Sequence record: NZ_CP128202.1
Source of the DNA: a plasmid
DNA length: 64,000 nt
Direction: 5' to 3' (one strand)
How positions within the stretch are numbered: the stretch's first letter is position 1; the number at the start of each line of letters is the position of its first letter. The notes beneath the pieces were generated by a model. The model searched no databases. It saw only the letters and a list, made by a program, of their open reading frames with translations, and had not been told where the DNA came from. Positions 62,909-64,000 of this stretch are shown one piece after another. Made by a program: the position numbers and the translations under genes.

Positions 62909-63979
62909 TTATTGCTTATTCAGTACCGAATGAATAGCTTTATCCAACTCATCCTGAACCTCTTTCGACAATCGTCCGAACTCGTAAGAAAAGTTACGGC
63001 CTTTTACCCGCTTACGGGCAAACATACCTTTGCTGTCGAAATGGGCCAGGGGAGTCACTTCGGCTTTGTCCTTATCTTGCTTTTCTTCTTCTATCTTGAG
63101 CTCAGCTTTGATGGCAGAAACAATAGCGTCTTTCTGATCCTGAAGGTCGTATTCAGCCTGAATATTGACAATATGCTTTTCGATTTTATTTACGAAGCCT
63201 GAAAGCTGCCTGTTGTCCTGGCAAACCTTCATCACCTTATCAAGTAAGGTATAGTCAGGATGGGAAAGGGCGTTTGCAACTGGGAATAACTGGACGAGCT
63301 TTTCATCAACGCTGGCCGCCTTGATTGCTTTACTTACACCGGCCTGGCTAAGACCAACTTGTTTTGCAATTTCAGCCTGAGTGAGTTCTTCATTCGAAGC
63401 TTTGATTGCTAAACATTGTTTGCCTATTTCCCGAAGGTTGTGCTCTTTGGCTGTCTGCAATTGTTTGGCTAATGCTTTTGCATCGGCAACCGAAATATCA
63501 TCCTGAGTAACCAGAATACGGAACGACTCTACGCGACCTTCCTGCAGCAGGAACCAGGCGCGACGACGAGAGCCATCCAGCACATCAATTTTACCATCGA
63601 CTTCGCGGCCAACTGCCGGGTAGAACTGTTGAAACTCGAGTGAATTTAAATCTGAAAGTGACTCTGGCGTCAATAATGACTGGTCCCGGCCGTTTACATC
63701 AAAAGTAACGACGGTTTCATCACGAACCTGTTCATGTGACAATGTCACTTCATTAAAGGTTGCCGTATTGCCAGATGAAAGCTGCCAGACCATGCTCTGG
63801 CCAACTGAATCGATACCAAATTGCTCTTTAAGGAATGCCGCCGCGTTTTCACCGGCTTTCTCTATTTCAGTAGTCAGTTGCTGAGTTAAATTAGTCAGGT
63901 TTGCTTTTGCTGCCGATTGTTGTGCTTCTGCAGATCCAGGAGCATTACCCAAAGGGCTGCCACCACGTTTTTTGGCCAT
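62909..63979 (-). CDS. parB: ParB/SopB-family partition protein
   Basis: 356 aa with the ParB-box IDVLDGSRRRAWFLL and an HTH (TQAEIAKQVGLSQAGVSKA). The cognate parA would lie beyond the window end. Confidence 0.7.
   Translation of the reverse strand: MAKKRGGSPLGNAPGSAEAQQSAAKANLTNLTQQLTTEIEKAGENAAAFLKEQFGIDSVGQSMVWQLSSGNTATFNEVTLSHEQVRDETVVTFDVNGRDQSLLTPESLSDLNSLEFQQFYPAVGREVDGKIDVLDGSRRRAWFLLQEGRVESFRILVTQDDISVADAKALAKQLQTAKEHNLREIGKQCLAIKASNEELTQAEIAKQVGLSQAGVSKAIKAASVDEKLVQLFPVANALSHPDYTLLDKVMKVCQDNRQLSGFVNKIEKHIVNIQAEYDLQDQKDAIVSAIKAELKIEEEKQDKDKAEVTPLAHFDSKGMFARKRVKGRNFSYEFGRLSKEVQDELDKAIHSVLNKQ
63140..63165. repeat. Partial copy of the 27-bp palindrome inside the parB coding sequence
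   Basis: tattcagcctgaatattgacaatat. Confidence 0.45.
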
Positions 63980-64000
63980 TATGCTTGCTCCTGTTCACGC

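Overview
This is an IS-rich accessory region of a gamma-proteobacterial replicon, Vibrionaceae-like by gene content; it is probably a megaplasmid or chromid, or a chromosomal island that carries an integrated plasmid backbone. All calls are by eye, with no searches run.

About one third of the window is mobile DNA:
- two IS3-family elements, one with a programmed -1 frameshift site and one with a broken OrfB, plus a 260-bp 3' fragment;
- three IS903-group copies (about 1054 bp, 18-bp IRs, none with a target-site duplication) plus a divergent truncated relative;
- an IS110-family element;
- an ISAs1-family element with a 10-bp TSD;
- an IS256-family element split by a 3.2-kb Tn3-family transposase-only element (5-bp TSD TATAC) and an extra 452-bp left-end fragment;
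- IS66-family and DUF4277-type (IS1634-like) transposase debris.

Cargo genes:
- a c-di-GMP neighbourhood: an HPP-CBS membrane protein, a VpsT/CsgD-family regulator with a WLSR motif, an EAL-CBS protein, and further on a 1097-aa GAF-PAS-GGDEF-EAL protein beside a PAS-MCP;
- gdhA, a BCCT transporter, MscS, and a truncated CaCA exchanger;
- a LysR / YfcC-transporter / aspartoacylase-family trio.

Two blocks stand out.
- Positions 34.2-49.0 kb: a 14.7-kb all-minus-strand island. It encodes a giant Cys-rich TraN-like protein, four secreted proteins or lipoproteins, a YqaJ/lambda-Exo-type exonuclease, a CobS/MoxR-type AAA ATPase and a DUF3150-like acidic-repeat protein. The gene order recalls the traN-exo-cobS region of SXT/R391 ICEs. 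The island is punctuated by a recurring bipartite hairpin element with one conserved architecture.
- Positions 49.0-64.0 kb: a plasmid-type maintenance block. It has two serine recombinases around a Phd-ParE TA pair, a DnaA box with iterons (oriV), a repA, an overlapping P-loop-ATPase / periplasmic / YdjM-like / PRTase-like gene set, and a ParB gene. Three 27-bp palindromic parS-like sites occur, one inside parB. IS903 copies in direct orientation bracket 11.4 kb of this block.
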